Shown in pieces: positions 63,712-64,000 of a stretch of DNA of 64,000 nucleotides. Numbering within the stretch: position 1 is the first letter of the stretch; every line of letters starts with the position of its first letter. Made by a program: the position numbers and the translations under genes. The stretch comes from Moniliella sp. 'wahieum'. Taxonomy: Eukaryota. The notes beneath the pieces were generated by a model that did not search any database, was not told the origin of the DNA, and worked only from the letters and a program-made list of their open reading frames with translations. The DNA is taken from positions 248,001-312,000 of the forward strand of contig RSEE01000034.1 of the NCBI GenBank assembly GCA_003971905.1, in the 5' to 3' direction.

Positions 63712-64000
63712 GGTGGACGGCCGCCGCAACGCTCCGCCTGGACGAGCTGGCGTTCGTTGCCTGCCGCGCTTGTCCAGCCGCACGCGCTTCCAGTCACGTG
63801 ACTGCATCCAGTGCATCCCGCAACCCTACCGCCGCCCCCGCTGCGTTGGATGCATTTTTGAAATGTGCATGCCAGCCACGTCAGCGCGTCAGCGGCAGCC
63901 GCGCCACGTGGCCCCGGGCGACGTGGAGGCCGGAGGTGGAGGCGAGGGCAGGACAGCCCGCAGACGGTCTTGTCGATCCGGCCCAGACGAAGCACCGCGC

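Overview
GC-rich eukaryotic DNA, most consistent with a basidiomycete fungus (short introns with GTACGT/GTGCGT donors, fungal-type orthologues). Nearly every conserved gene is split by small indels, which points to an unpolished long-read assembly, so gene boundaries were rebuilt by eye across frames and are approximate. About 16 protein genes are recognisable: DUF3445 protein, EutQ-like cupin, a hypothetical protein, UBA-ZnF-UBX protein, TAF12, P4-ATPase flippase, Skt5/Chs4, mitoribosomal mL57, acetyl-CoA transporter, Zn2Cys6 TF, DcpS, Rpn4-like C2H2 TF, NDUFA4/B12D-like protein, Sac1+5-phosphatase, TPR/Mlp1 and Nnf1. There are two tRNA genes: Thr-CGT and an intron-containing Val-CAC. An ~8 kb nest of LTR-retrotransposon debris starts ~110 bp upstream of tRNA-Thr and includes a solo LTR inside another solo LTR, a Copia RT/RNaseH with a 42-bp LTR-like end, and Gypsy gag/integrase relics. 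A further solo LTR lies downstream of tRNA-Val and a cryptic Gypsy pol relic sits at ~27.7-28.9 kb. The least explained feature is a mosaic ~91-102 bp tandem array with a conserved core and two linker types immediately upstream of TAF12. I cannot demonstrate a new multi-gene system from the sequence alone.
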